A DNA stretch of 64,000 nucleotides from an uncultured Eubacteriales bacterium. Its GTDB lineage: Bacteria > Bacillota_I > Bacilli_A > RF39 > UBA660. The notes under the pieces are model-generated. The model was not told the DNA's origin. It was given only the letters and a program-made list of their open reading frames with translations, and did not search any database. Where the stretch lies: contig CAJJKI010000001.1 of NCBI GenBank assembly GCA_905188025.1, positions 86,615-150,614 of the forward strand. The letters run 5' to 3'. Below, in pieces: positions 54,353-63,728 of the stretch. Position 1 is the first letter of the stretch. Each line of letters begins with the position of its first letter. The translations under genes were made by a program, and so were the position numbers.

Positions 54353-55051
54353 TTATTTCATAAAACTTAACAATACTGGTCCTAATACTATCATTAAAAG
54401 TAATGGTATAAAGAAAAATACTGATATTACACTAATATATACTGGTACTTTACTAATTCTTCCCTTTACTTCTAATTTTCTCTTCTCTCTTAAATAATCT
54501 ATTTGATTATATAAATTATCTATAATACTATTTCCATATAAATTAGCTTGTGTAAGTGATAATACTATATTATTAACATTCTCAGATGGTATTCTTAGTT
54601 GCATATCCGTAAGTGCTTCATTTAAACTCTTACCAAAACTAACTTCTCTTACAGCTTCTTTAAACTCATCAGACAAGTCTCCCATTACATTAGAAGTAGT
54701 AACGTCTATAGCTTCTACTAAATTTCTTCCTGTCTCTAGTGATAAAGTTAATACTTCAAAGAAATGCATTGCTTCATTCTCTAACTTTATCCCTCTCTTC
54801 TTAATCTTCTTATTAATAAATAATTGATTAAATAATATATAGTAGACACAACCGCCTACTGGAGCCCATATATATCCATAATCATAATTATATAATATAA
54901 TTACAAATATAATAAATGTTGTTATAGCTCTTAATATTATCGTATTATATGGATCAAGCTTCCTCTTCATCCCAAGTAAACTAACTTTCTTAATAAAATT
55001 ATTAACATATCTATCACTATATAGCTTTCTAATTAATTCCTCTTTATTCAT
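54353..55051 (-). CDS. tadC: TadC-like type II secretion system F-domain protein
   Basis: T2SSF-type helical domain between TM helices; position after the TadB-like gene. Confidence 0.6.
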   Translation of the reverse strand: MNKEELIRKLYSDRYVNNFIKKVSLLGMKRKLDPYNTIILRAITTFIIFVIILYNYDYGYIWAPVGGCVYYILFNQLFINKKIKKRGIKLENEAMHFFEVLTLSLETGRNLVEAIDVTTSNVMGDLSDEFKEAVREVSFGKSLNEALTDMQLRIPSENVNNIVLSLTQANLYGNSIIDNLYNQIDYLREKRKLEVKGRISKVPVYISVISVFFFIPLLLMIVLGPVLLSFMK

Positions 55052-56043
55052 TAATAATTCACCCTCACTATTCTATCTAATAGATAAGCATATATAATAA
55101 ACATAACAAATATTATACCTATCATTACATATCCTAAAGTACTTTCAAAGAATGGATCAAAATAACTAGGATTTAACATATATACAATTAGTCCAAATAC
55201 TATTGGTACTACTAATAATAATCTAACTACTAATTTAGATACTGTCGTAGAATTCTTAAGTTCTTCTTTAAGTTTCTTCTTATCAAATAATGTCTTCTCA
55301 ATAGAATTAAATACTGCTACTATATTTCCTCCAGTTCTATTAAGAATCATCAAAGAAGATGCTAAATACTCTGCTTCTTCAAGTTTTACTCTCTTAGAAA
55401 ATCTACTAAAAACTGTCTCTATCGATAATCCATATTGCATCTCTTCATATATTTTCTTAAATTCAAGACCTATCGCTCCCGGTAATTTCTTACTAGCTAT
55501 CTCCACAGCCTGCATCGTAGATTTACCTGATTTAAAAGCATTATTCATAACAATAATAGCTTTCAAAATATCATTCTCGATCTTCTTCCTATTAATTCTC
55601 TGTTCAATTACTAACCCTATATCAAGTAACATAAATCCTATCGCAAAACTAATAAGTAACTGAAACATTGAAATAACTTGTCCCTGAATAGCCATCGCTA
55701 TTATTCCTAATAACATAAGTAAAAATCCTATCACAAACTTATGAGTAACATAATCCTCTGCCTTCACATCCTCATGAAGTACATACTTATCATATCTCTT
55801 AACTAAAGTAGGAAGCATCTTTCTAATTTTCTTTCTTTGCCTCTTAACAAACCAAATATATTTATTCCATACCTTCTCAAAGAAAGATAAATTCTTCGCT
55901 TTTTTATTATATCTAACACTATATTTAGCTATTCTTTTCTCTAACTTAACAGCATTATTAAGCCTAATAAATAAAGTGATAATGGTAATCATTGAAAAAA
56001 CTAATAATATTTGAATTATTATTACTATCAAATGTTCATCCAT
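55051..56043 (-). CDS. tadB: TadB-like type II secretion system F-domain protein
   Basis: T2SSF pattern (NAFKSGKSTMQAVE..., LSIETVF...) flanked by TM helices. Confidence 0.6.
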   Translation of the reverse strand: MDEHLIVIIIQILLVFSMITIITLFIRLNNAVKLEKRIAKYSVRYNKKAKNLSFFEKVWNKYIWFVKRQRKKIRKMLPTLVKRYDKYVLHEDVKAEDYVTHKFVIGFLLMLLGIIAMAIQGQVISMFQLLISFAIGFMLLDIGLVIEQRINRKKIENDILKAIIVMNNAFKSGKSTMQAVEIASKKLPGAIGLEFKKIYEEMQYGLSIETVFSRFSKRVKLEEAEYLASSLMILNRTGGNIVAVFNSIEKTLFDKKKLKEELKNSTTVSKLVVRLLLVVPIVFGLIVYMLNPSYFDPFFESTLGYVMIGIIFVMFIIYAYLLDRIVRVNY

Positions 56044-56058
56044 TATATCACCATCCTT

Positions 56059-56202
56059 CTATATCCTAGTACTAGTATCTATTGGTATTTCTTCTCCCTG
56101 TATATTACTCCTAATGATATATTTAGCTACTAAAAAAGTTAACACACATATAATCATTAGTATTGCCATATAACTAACCATTTTCCATCTACTAACATTC
56201 AT
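56059..56202 (-). CDS. 47-aa single-TM protein inside the Tad operon (not in ORF track)
   Basis: The ATG overlaps the cpaF TAA (TAATG). MNVSRWKMVSYMAILMIICVLTFLVAKYIIRSNIQGEEIPIDTSTRI. The stop is followed by the tadB SD. Confidence 0.4.
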   Translation of the reverse strand: MNVSRWKMVSYMAILMIICVLTFLVAKYIIRSNIQGEEIPIDTSTRI

Positions 56203-57566
56203 TATTTACCACCAAAAATATTATCTAACTGAATTCCTTTTCTTTTAATTATATCGTATACATTTGGTACTCTCTTATAAACCACAAACTCACCCATAAC
56301 ATTACCCTGATCAGATACTCCATCTTCCTTAAATGAGAATATTTCCTTTAATTCAACCTTCTCATCCTTAAGTCCCACTATCTCTGATATCGAAGTAACC
56401 TTTCTCTTACCATCACTAAGTCTCTCTATTTGAATAACTATATCAATTGCTTTCTCTATATAATTTCTAATAGCATATACTGGTAATTCCATATCATTCA
56501 TAAGCATCATTGTCTCAAGTCTATTAATAGCATCTTCACTAGAATTAGCATGTAAAGTTGTAATAGATCCTTCATGTCCTGTATTCATCGCTTGTAACAT
56601 ATCAAATGCTTCCTTACCACGAACCTCTCCGACAATTATTCTATCAGGTCTCATTCTAAGTGAATTTCTTACCAAGTCCCTTATCGTTATCTCGCCCTCA
56701 CCCTCATAGTTAACCATTCTCGTCTCAAGAGATATAACATGTGACTGATGAAGTCTAAGTTCTGCTGCATCCTCTATTGTAATAATTCTCTCTTCATCAT
56801 CAATAAATCCACTTAAAATATTTAAAAGAGTCGTCTTACCAGCACCAGTACCACCACTAATAATAATATTTAACTTAGCTCTAACACAAGCCTGTAAAAA
56901 CATTGCCATATTAGCAGTCATCGTACCCATACGAATAAGATCATCCACACTATTCATCTTCTTAGAAAACTTTCTAATAGTAATAATAGGTCCTGTCAAA
57001 GATAAAGGTGGAATAATTGCATTAAGTCTTGATCCATCCTTTAAATGTGCATCAACCATCGGATTAACTGCATCAATAGTTCTACCTAAAGGCTGTACAA
57101 TTCTCTGAATAGTTCTAATAATATGCGTATCATTAATAAAAGATACTGACTCATCCTTAACAAGCTTACCATCTATCTCAACATATATATCATTAGTACC
57201 ATTAACCATTATCTCCGTAACAGCATCATTATTAAGTAAATCTGTAAGAGGTCCATATCCATTAATCTCATTCTGTATCAAATTACATATATGATTTCTC
57301 TCAACTGATCCCAAATTATAATCTTCTAAAACACTATCAATCTCATCATTAATATATTGTTCCAAAGAAACATTATCTGGTATCTGATTATTAATCAGAT
57401 TCTGTACTATATTAGCCCTAAGAGCATCTAACTTCTCCTTATCAGGAATAACATCATAATCCTTAACATCCTCTACTACTACATGTTCCTTCTTCTTAAC
57501 ATTAAATTCATCTAATAAAGTAACACTATTACTAGTCTCTTCATTATTATTTCTTTTCATTAGCAT
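56202..57566 (-). CDS. cpaF: CpaF/TadA family secretion ATPase
   Basis: Walker A SGGTGAGKTTLLN, Asp box, Walker B RIIVGEVRG, His box TGHEGSITTLHANS. Confidence 0.9.
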   Translation of the reverse strand: MLMKRNNNEETSNSVTLLDEFNVKKKEHVVVEDVKDYDVIPDKEKLDALRANIVQNLINNQIPDNVSLEQYINDEIDSVLEDYNLGSVERNHICNLIQNEINGYGPLTDLLNNDAVTEIMVNGTNDIYVEIDGKLVKDESVSFINDTHIIRTIQRIVQPLGRTIDAVNPMVDAHLKDGSRLNAIIPPLSLTGPIITIRKFSKKMNSVDDLIRMGTMTANMAMFLQACVRAKLNIIISGGTGAGKTTLLNILSGFIDDEERIITIEDAAELRLHQSHVISLETRMVNYEGEGEITIRDLVRNSLRMRPDRIIVGEVRGKEAFDMLQAMNTGHEGSITTLHANSSEDAINRLETMMLMNDMELPVYAIRNYIEKAIDIVIQIERLSDGKRKVTSISEIVGLKDEKVELKEIFSFKEDGVSDQGNVMGEFVVYKRVPNVYDIIKRKGIQLDNIFGGK

Positions 57567-58338
57567 CTTCCTCCTTACTCTCCTGTATCAAAGAATTTGC
57601 CAAATGATTCATATTAGCTATATCACTAGCATTAAATCTTGTAATTCCCTTATTTAATGTTAATATCTCTCCATTAAGTACATACTTATCTATATTCTTA
57701 ATATAAAAATTTCTAGATATCGTATAATCAACATTTCTCTTAATCATATTTCTAATATCAAATAAACTAATATAATCTCTTCCCGTATCTCTAGAATTAT
57801 TAAGTACTATCTTATAATTCTCTTTATTCATTTCTTTAAATATACTAATCAAACTCTTCATATTCTTAAGATCTACTAGATCATTAGTAATAACAAAAGC
57901 ACTCATATCAGAAGCATCTAAAGCTACTAAACATATTTCATCTAATAAATGAGAAGTATCTACTAAAATAACATCATATTCACTCTTAGCTATATCAAAT
58001 ATCTTATTAATATATTTACTCTCTATCTTAGATACATCTCTTGGATCTCTCGGATTAGCTAATATATCTATTCCACTATTATATGTTGCAATATAATCTC
58101 TAAGTTCTACTGATCTATTATTACTTAAATCATCAATAAGTGTATATATATCTCTCTTAGCATCTATATTTAAACAAGTAGCTATTCCCCCAGCATACAA
58201 ATCCAAATCAATTATCAACACTTTCTTCTTCATAAGAAAATATAATCCTGCTAAATTAATTGTTAAAGTAGTTTTACCTACTCCTCCTTTTACTGAAGAT
58301 ATTGTAATTATCTTTCCATTATGATACATAATTACCAC
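57547..58338 (-). CDS. CpaE/TadZ-like ParA/MinD-family ATPase
   Basis: Deviant Walker A SSVKGGVGKTTLT; position directly upstream of cpaF. Confidence 0.65.
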   Translation of the reverse strand: MVIMYHNGKIITISSVKGGVGKTTLTINLAGLYFLMKKKVLIIDLDLYAGGIATCLNIDAKRDIYTLIDDLSNNRSVELRDYIATYNSGIDILANPRDPRDVSKIESKYINKIFDIAKSEYDVILVDTSHLLDEICLVALDASDMSAFVITNDLVDLKNMKSLISIFKEMNKENYKIVLNNSRDTGRDYISLFDIRNMIKRNVDYTISRNFYIKNIDKYVLNGEILTLNKGITRFNASDIANMNHLANSLIQESKEEDANEKK

Positions 58339-58725
58339 CTACCTATTCCTTTCAATAATCTTTTTCTCATCACTAATTATCCCTCTATAACTAGATCTAA
58401 CTCTAAGTATATTACTCTCCTTAAACAAAATCAAATCTATTCCATCTACTAAAGTAATATCCACTTCACCATCATCTATCTCTATCTTAACTTCATCTAT
58501 TCCTAATTTATTCTTATATATTAACTTCCTAATCTTATCCTGAATATCATCATCACTAATATTATCTAATCCATAACTAATAGCTATATAATTAATATTA
58601 TCTAATTCACTCTTTAAATTAACCATCTTTCCTATATCTACTACCATCATCAAAATCATTATAATTACTGGTAATATAACTACAAACATAACTAAAGATT
58701 GCCCTTTATTATTTAACTTATTCAT
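58339..58725 (-). CDS. TadE/TadG-like pseudopilin
   Basis: N-terminus NNKGQSLVMFVVILPVIIMILMMVVDIG (Tad N-terminal domain pattern). Confidence 0.55.
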   Translation of the reverse strand: MNKLNNKGQSLVMFVVILPVIIMILMMVVDIGKMVNLKSELDNINYIAISYGLDNISDDDIQDKIRKLIYKNKLGIDEVKIEIDDGEVDITLVDGIDLILFKESNILRVRSSYRGIISDEKKIIERNR

Positions 58726-59050
58726 TAGGAATATACCTCTTCACTATAACCTTATATGGATCCCCAAATATTCTATTAAATCCTGGAGTCATTAACTCCA
58801 TCTTATCACTTACTTCAATTACCCTATATTCTTCCTCAGTACTAATACTAATATCTATATCCTTATATATACTCTTAATATCATCTAAAGATTTATCATT
58901 CTTAACCATCTCTACTATATCATTACTATTTCCTTCAAGCATATTCTTAGTATTAAATATTCTTCCAAAATCATATATGGCTAATAATAATAATAGAAAT
59001 ATTGGTAATATTAATACAAATTCTACTAGTGCTTGTCCCTTATTATTCAT
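58718..59050 (-). CDS. TadE-like pseudopilin
   Basis: N-terminus MNNKGQALVEFVLILPIFLLLLLAIYDFG. Start re-set to ATG 59050. Confidence 0.6.
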   Translation of the reverse strand: MNNKGQALVEFVLILPIFLLLLLAIYDFGRIFNTKNMLEGNSNDIVEMVKNDKSLDDIKSIYKDIDISISTEEEYRVIEVSDKMELMTPGFNRIFGDPYKVIVKRYIPNE

Positions 59051-59082
59051 CACTATCACCTAATCCCTCTATTATTATCTTA

Positions 59083-59111
59083 ATTATATCATTATCCATA
59101 ATAATTGACAA
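59083..59111 (-). promoter_or_regulatory. promoter TTGTCA-17-TATAAT of the Tad operon
   Basis: Minus strand: -35 at 59106-59111, -10 at 59083-59088. Confidence 0.55.
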
Positions 59112-59135
59112 GAAAAAAGAAGATATTTTATCTTC
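59112..59135 (-). terminator. intrinsic terminator after the cohesin/dockerin protein gene
   Basis: Minus strand: GAAGATA-aaa-TATCTTC followed by TTTTTTC. Confidence 0.55.
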
Positions 59136-61470
59136 CTTTCTTAGTATTTTTATTATTCTTATTAGTATTAGGTTTATTTACTTTCTCTTTCTTAACTTCA
59201 GGAAATTCTTTCTCTTTCTTCAATTTATCTATTTCCTTATTAGTCTTTCTCTCTTCTTCATCTTCTTGATCATCTTTAAATATCAAATAAATAAGTCCTG
59301 CTATTACTAATAATATCAATATAATTATAATAATTCTAGATAACTTTCCATCTTCTTCTTCAGGTTCAGTATTCTTATTATCATCACTCTTATTATCATC
59401 AGGTTTAGGAGTATTATCATTTGGAGTATTATTATCATTATCATTATTTTGATAATTCATATTTGTAGCTGTCTCTTCTTTAGGTGCTTCTTTTCTAATT
59501 ACTTTAACAGTATATACTAATTCATCACCATTCTCTGCTACTACTGTAATAGATATCTCATTTTCACCAACAACTAATTCAAGAGGGGCATTTATTGATG
59601 AAATTTTCGCAGTACTATTATTAGTAATTGCTTCAACTAAAGCTTCAGTCTTATCATTATCTACTTCTATTACATAATCGAGAACATTCTCTTCTAATTG
59701 AATTTCTACTCCAGCTACTGTTAATGAACTTAAAGTATTATCATCTGAAGCATTAACAATAACTTCTGTACTAACTTCCATCTCACTAGTATCATAGTAT
59801 TCTAAACTATTAAATAATTCATTATCACTAATAGAAACTGTACTAGTACCAGCTTTCTTAGCTTTAAATGTTAATGTTAATACAGTATACTCTTCTTCCT
59901 CATATTCTTGAGTTCCTTCATTCATTGTACCAGTTAATTCTTCATCTCCTAGATACAAGAACTTACCTTCATAATTATTTCCAATAAATGTATCACGTGC
60001 CTCTATTCCAACTAATTCTAACATTTCTTTGTCATAATTAACCATGCCACCAAGACCACTAATCTTATCACTAGATATTCTTAGTACATATCTAAGAACA
60101 AATTCATCTCCTGATACAATATCATTACTATCCACTACTAATTCACCCTTAGTAGTCATATCATTACCAGCTAAATCATCATTCCAAGTATTATTCTTAT
60201 ATACTCCGTATAATCTAATTACGTCTAATGTATTAATTTCTTCATCCTTATATACATCACCAGTAATAGTATCTTCTTCACTTGCACCAACTACTTGATT
60301 AATTAATAGTTTAACATCCTCTTCATCAATAACTAGATCATTATTCATGTCTCCCACTAATAAAGCCTTATATGTTAAACTTACCCAATCATTATATAAC
60401 GTAATAACCGTATCATTATTAATATAAGTTTCTTGATAATATTCTTCACGTGTCATAGGCTCTTCTAAAGTAGTATCATCAAAAGTACTCAAATATTCTT
60501 GATAACTTTCTTCTAAGTCTTCACTATCACCATTACTAATAATATATTTAATATCACTATCAAATATGGCATCATCAAGTATCTTAAACAAATCATTTAT
60601 AGAGTATCCCAAATCATTACTAGGATATACATATAATATTCCTTCATCACTATCACTAAAGAAATAATATCTATCATCTAAGCCATTATCAGTAGTAACT
60701 TCATTTAATACCTGAGAATTATCTTCATATTCTCCGTACATTACATCAATATCTTTACTAAATACTCTTTCTAGAGGAGTACCTTCATTTACTTTAATCT
60801 CTTGAGGTAATGTATATACTCCTGCTAAAGAACCAAAACTAACTTCTTGAGTAATTTCTATTCCAAGTAAATCTTCAGCAGTATACTCTACTCCTTCATA
60901 CATAAATGTATCAGTAGGTTTAAGTCCCCCAGGTAAAATGCTTGATACTAATTTAATATCTCCCTGAGTAGCATATACTCCATCAGTAGCAGTAAGTAAC
61001 TTATCATCTAAGTCATATACCTTAACATCAAGTCCTTTTTCAAACTCTACATTATAAGAGTAATTAACTACTCCAATCTCTTCATCAGTAGTCTCATCAT
61101 ATAATGAAATAACTACCTCATATAATCCATCAAATACTACTTTATCTAATGTTGGTGATACCATCTCATATCCATCTTTATTCTTTAATTCAGTACCACT
61201 AATATTATAACTATCATTAACTTCTTCTTCTGTAGTATCATCTAAATACTTATAATTTTCTTTTAATGTTAATTTTATATTATCTTCATCATCTAATTCT
61301 TCTTGATCATTATAATTAATAACTATCTTGTTATTCTTAACTTCTATTCCAAATGGTGCTTCATTCTCATATGCAAATACTACAGATAAACCAGATAAAT
61401 TACTAAATAATAATCCTAGTACTAGAAAAATCTTGGTAATATAACTAAATCTTTTTCCTATCTTTTTCAT
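59128..61470 (-). CDS. surface protein with dockerin-like, cohesin-like and cadherin-like beta-sandwich domains and a C-terminal TM anchor
   Basis: Signal peptide. GDMNNDLVIDEEDVKLLINQV...GDVYKDEEINTLDV (dockerin EF-hand pair). LTLTFKAKKAGTSTVSI (cohesin-like). DDNTLSSLTVAGVEI...YTVKVIRKE (cadherin-like). TM helix plus a Lys-rich tail. Confidence 0.65.
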   Translation of the reverse strand: MKKIGKRFSYITKIFLVLGLLFSNLSGLSVVFAYENEAPFGIEVKNNKIVINYNDQEELDDEDNIKLTLKENYKYLDDTTEEEVNDSYNISGTELKNKDGYEMVSPTLDKVVFDGLYEVVISLYDETTDEEIGVVNYSYNVEFEKGLDVKVYDLDDKLLTATDGVYATQGDIKLVSSILPGGLKPTDTFMYEGVEYTAEDLLGIEITQEVSFGSLAGVYTLPQEIKVNEGTPLERVFSKDIDVMYGEYEDNSQVLNEVTTDNGLDDRYYFFSDSDEGILYVYPSNDLGYSINDLFKILDDAIFDSDIKYIISNGDSEDLEESYQEYLSTFDDTTLEEPMTREEYYQETYINNDTVITLYNDWVSLTYKALLVGDMNNDLVIDEEDVKLLINQVVGASEEDTITGDVYKDEEINTLDVIRLYGVYKNNTWNDDLAGNDMTTKGELVVDSNDIVSGDEFVLRYVLRISSDKISGLGGMVNYDKEMLELVGIEARDTFIGNNYEGKFLYLGDEELTGTMNEGTQEYEEEEYTVLTLTFKAKKAGTSTVSISDNELFNSLEYYDTSEMEVSTEVIVNASDDNTLSSLTVAGVEIQLEENVLDYVIEVDNDKTEALVEAITNNSTAKISSINAPLELVVGENEISITVVAENGDELVYTVKVIRKEAPKEETATNMNYQNNDNDNNTPNDNTPKPDDNKSDDNKNTEPEEEDGKLSRIIIIILILLVIAGLIYLIFKDDQEDEEERKTNKEIDKLKKEKEFPEVKKEKVNKPNTNKNNKNTKKGR

Positions 61471-61685
61471 ATTTTTCCTTCCTTTTTAATTATGTATTAA
61501 TTTTAGTGTGTGCCCCTGATAACACCTCCCACAATGATAATGTTTTACTACCATCACTATCATTTAAGTTAATTATAGCACACTTTTAATTCTTTGCTAT
61601 ATATTTGACATAAATTTTACATATATCCATCTATCCAATTAATGGAAAAAGAAGAATTACTTTCATAATTCTTCTTATCTATCTA

Positions 61686-63440
61686 TTATTTATTCATTCC
61701 TTTAGTTTTAATCTCTTCAAGTATCATCTTAATAAATTCCTCAGTACTTACTGTCTCAGTATCCTTGTGTCCATACTTACGATAAGTAATCTTATCTTCA
61801 TTCTTTTCATTATCTCCAATAACTAAAGTATAAGGAATCTTCTTAGTTTGACTCTCTCTTATCTTATATCCAAGTTTCTCTTCCCTATCATCCATTTCAC
61901 ATCTAATATCTAATTCTTTCAATCTATTCATCAAATTATTAGCATATTCCAAATGATATTCATTATTAACTGGAATAACATTTACTTGTACTGGACTTAA
62001 CCAAGTAGGAAATGCTCCTGCATAGTGCTCTATCAAAATACCAATAAATCTCTCTATAGATCCATATATTACTCTATGTAACATAATAGGTCTCTTCTTA
62101 CTACCATCAGCATCTACATAAGTTAAATCAAATCTCTCAGGTAAATTCATATCAAGTTGTATTGTACCACATTGCCATACTCTACCAAGAGAATCTTTAA
62201 TATGGAAATCCAATTTAGGTCCATAAAATGCCCCATCACCAGGATTAATCTTACAATCATGTCCAGCTTCATGACAAGCCTTCTCTAATATTGCTTCAGA
62301 CTTATCCCATATCTCTATAGATCCAATATATTTCTCTTCAGGTCTTGTAGATAACTCTATATCATAAGTAAGACCAAATATCTTATACATTCTATCAATA
62401 AAATTAATAAGTCTAACTATTTCACTCTCAATTTGATCTTCTCTCATAAATATATGAGCATCATCTTGAGTAAATGTTCTAACTCTAAATAATCCATTTA
62501 AAGCTCCACTAGCTTCATGTCTATGTACTTGACCAAGTTCTCCTATTCTAAGAGGTAAATCTTTATATGAATGTAAACTATTCTTATATACTAACATTCC
62601 CCCTGGACAGTTCATTGGCTTAATAGCAAAAGTCTTCTCATCTATCTCAGAAGTATACATATTCTCCCTATAATTATACCAATGTCCTGATACTTCCCAT
62701 AACTCTTTATTAAGCATAATTGGCGTCTTTACAAAGTCATATCCTTCTTTAGTATGTTCTTTATACCAGAAATTCTCTAACTCATTACGAATAATCATAC
62801 CCTTTGGTAAGAAGAAAGGAAACCCTGGACCATATTCACTTATCATAAATAAATCTAATTCTTTACCAAGCTTTTTATGATCTCTCTTCTTAGCTTCTTC
62901 AAGTAAATCTAAATATTCCTTAAGTCTCTCTTCAGTATCAAAACATACTCCATATATTCTTTGAAGCATCTTATTGTTAGCGTCTCCCTTCCAATAAGCT
63001 CCACTAACTTTAAGTAATTTAAAATATTTAAGTTCCTTAACAGTGTCTACATGAGGTCCACGACATAAATCCGTAAAATCTCCCTGAGTATAACAACTAA
63101 TTACCGTATCATCCTCATCCATACGATTAATCAAATCAATCTTATATGGATCATTCTTAAACATTCCAAGAGCTTCAGATTTAGATATTTCATGACGTAC
63201 AATTCTCTTTCCATCCTTACTAATCTTCTTCATTTCTTTTTCAATTTTCTCTAAATCTTCTTCTTTAATTACTTCATCTCCTAAATCAATATCATAATAG
63301 AAACCACTATCAATTACTGGTCCTACCCAAAACATTGCCTTTGGATACAAATGTTTAACTGCTTGTGCTAATAAATGTGCACAACTATGATTCATTACAC
63401 TTAACTTTTCATCTTCTTTAATATTTATCATATCATTCAC
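61686..63440 (-). CDS. thrS: threonine--tRNA ligase (no N-terminal TGS domain)
   Basis: Editing-domain HSCAHLLAQA, class II motifs (FRVRTFTQDDAHIF, GTIQLD...), anticodon-binding domain. 584 aa, starting at the SAD domain. Confidence 0.95.
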   Translation of the reverse strand: MNDMINIKEDEKLSVMNHSCAHLLAQAVKHLYPKAMFWVGPVIDSGFYYDIDLGDEVIKEEDLEKIEKEMKKISKDGKRIVRHEISKSEALGMFKNDPYKIDLINRMDEDDTVISCYTQGDFTDLCRGPHVDTVKELKYFKLLKVSGAYWKGDANNKMLQRIYGVCFDTEERLKEYLDLLEEAKKRDHKKLGKELDLFMISEYGPGFPFFLPKGMIIRNELENFWYKEHTKEGYDFVKTPIMLNKELWEVSGHWYNYRENMYTSEIDEKTFAIKPMNCPGGMLVYKNSLHSYKDLPLRIGELGQVHRHEASGALNGLFRVRTFTQDDAHIFMREDQIESEIVRLINFIDRMYKIFGLTYDIELSTRPEEKYIGSIEIWDKSEAILEKACHEAGHDCKINPGDGAFYGPKLDFHIKDSLGRVWQCGTIQLDMNLPERFDLTYVDADGSKKRPIMLHRVIYGSIERFIGILIEHYAGAFPTWLSPVQVNVIPVNNEYHLEYANNLMNRLKELDIRCEMDDREEKLGYKIRESQTKKIPYTLVIGDNEKNEDKITYRKYGHKDTETVSTEEFIKMILEEIKTKGMNK

Positions 63441-63452
63441 TCTCCTTCATAT

Positions 63453-63667
63453 AAATAAAAAACACTCCTCATATAAGGAGTGTATATAAACACGGTACCA
63501 TCCTAATTTGGTCTTAATTTAATTAACGAGACATATATCCCGGCTATCTTTTCAGTAGCAACTCCTAGGTAGTAATCATATTATCTTCATATTAGTTTCC
63601 ACCAATCACTAACTCTCTCTAAATCTAATAATATAATCGTGTCCTAATCATAGTTTTTCTTGATTCG
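63453..63667 (-). promoter_or_regulatory. T-box riboswitch leader, Thr specifier ACU
   Basis: Minus strand: AGAGA box, distal GGTGGAAAC loop, specifier loop U-ACU-A (ACU = plus 63571-63573), T-box AAATTAGGATGGTACCGTG (63491-63509), terminator ACACTCCT-loop-AGGAGTGT + T6 (63453-63483). Confidence 0.85.
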
Positions 63668-63673
63668 TAAATT

Positions 63674-63702
63674 ATTATATAACTTTTTTTATAGTTTGTC
63701 TA
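63674..63702 (-). promoter_or_regulatory. promoter TAGACA-17-TATAAT of the thrS leader
   Basis: Minus strand: -35 at 63697-63702, -10 at 63674-63679. Confidence 0.55.
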
Positions 63703-63728
63703 GTATTTATTAAAATTATTATCTATCT

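Noticed and set aside
14180-60298. Plus-strand track ORFs lying antisense inside long minus-strand genes: 14180-14404, 14879-15106, 17266-17493, 18403-18597, 20896-21090, 22314-22529, 24951-25172, 30453-30779, 31719-31919, 35461-35688, 36715-36903, 39757-39945, 48709-48957, 49015-49218, 59002-59310, 60044-60298.
   Set aside because: All sit wholly within well-supported genes on the other strand. They have no SD, and they encode Leu/Ile/Ser/Phe-rich low-complexity peptides, which is what antisense reading of AT-rich coding DNA produces.
61471-61685. 25-aa minus-strand ORF (MIVMVVKHYHCGRCYQGH...) upstream of the cohesin/dockerin gene, considered as a possible Flp-like pilin.
   Set aside because: It has no SD, no hydrophobic pilin core and no G-xxxx-EY motif. 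It is most likely untranslated leader or promoter DNA.
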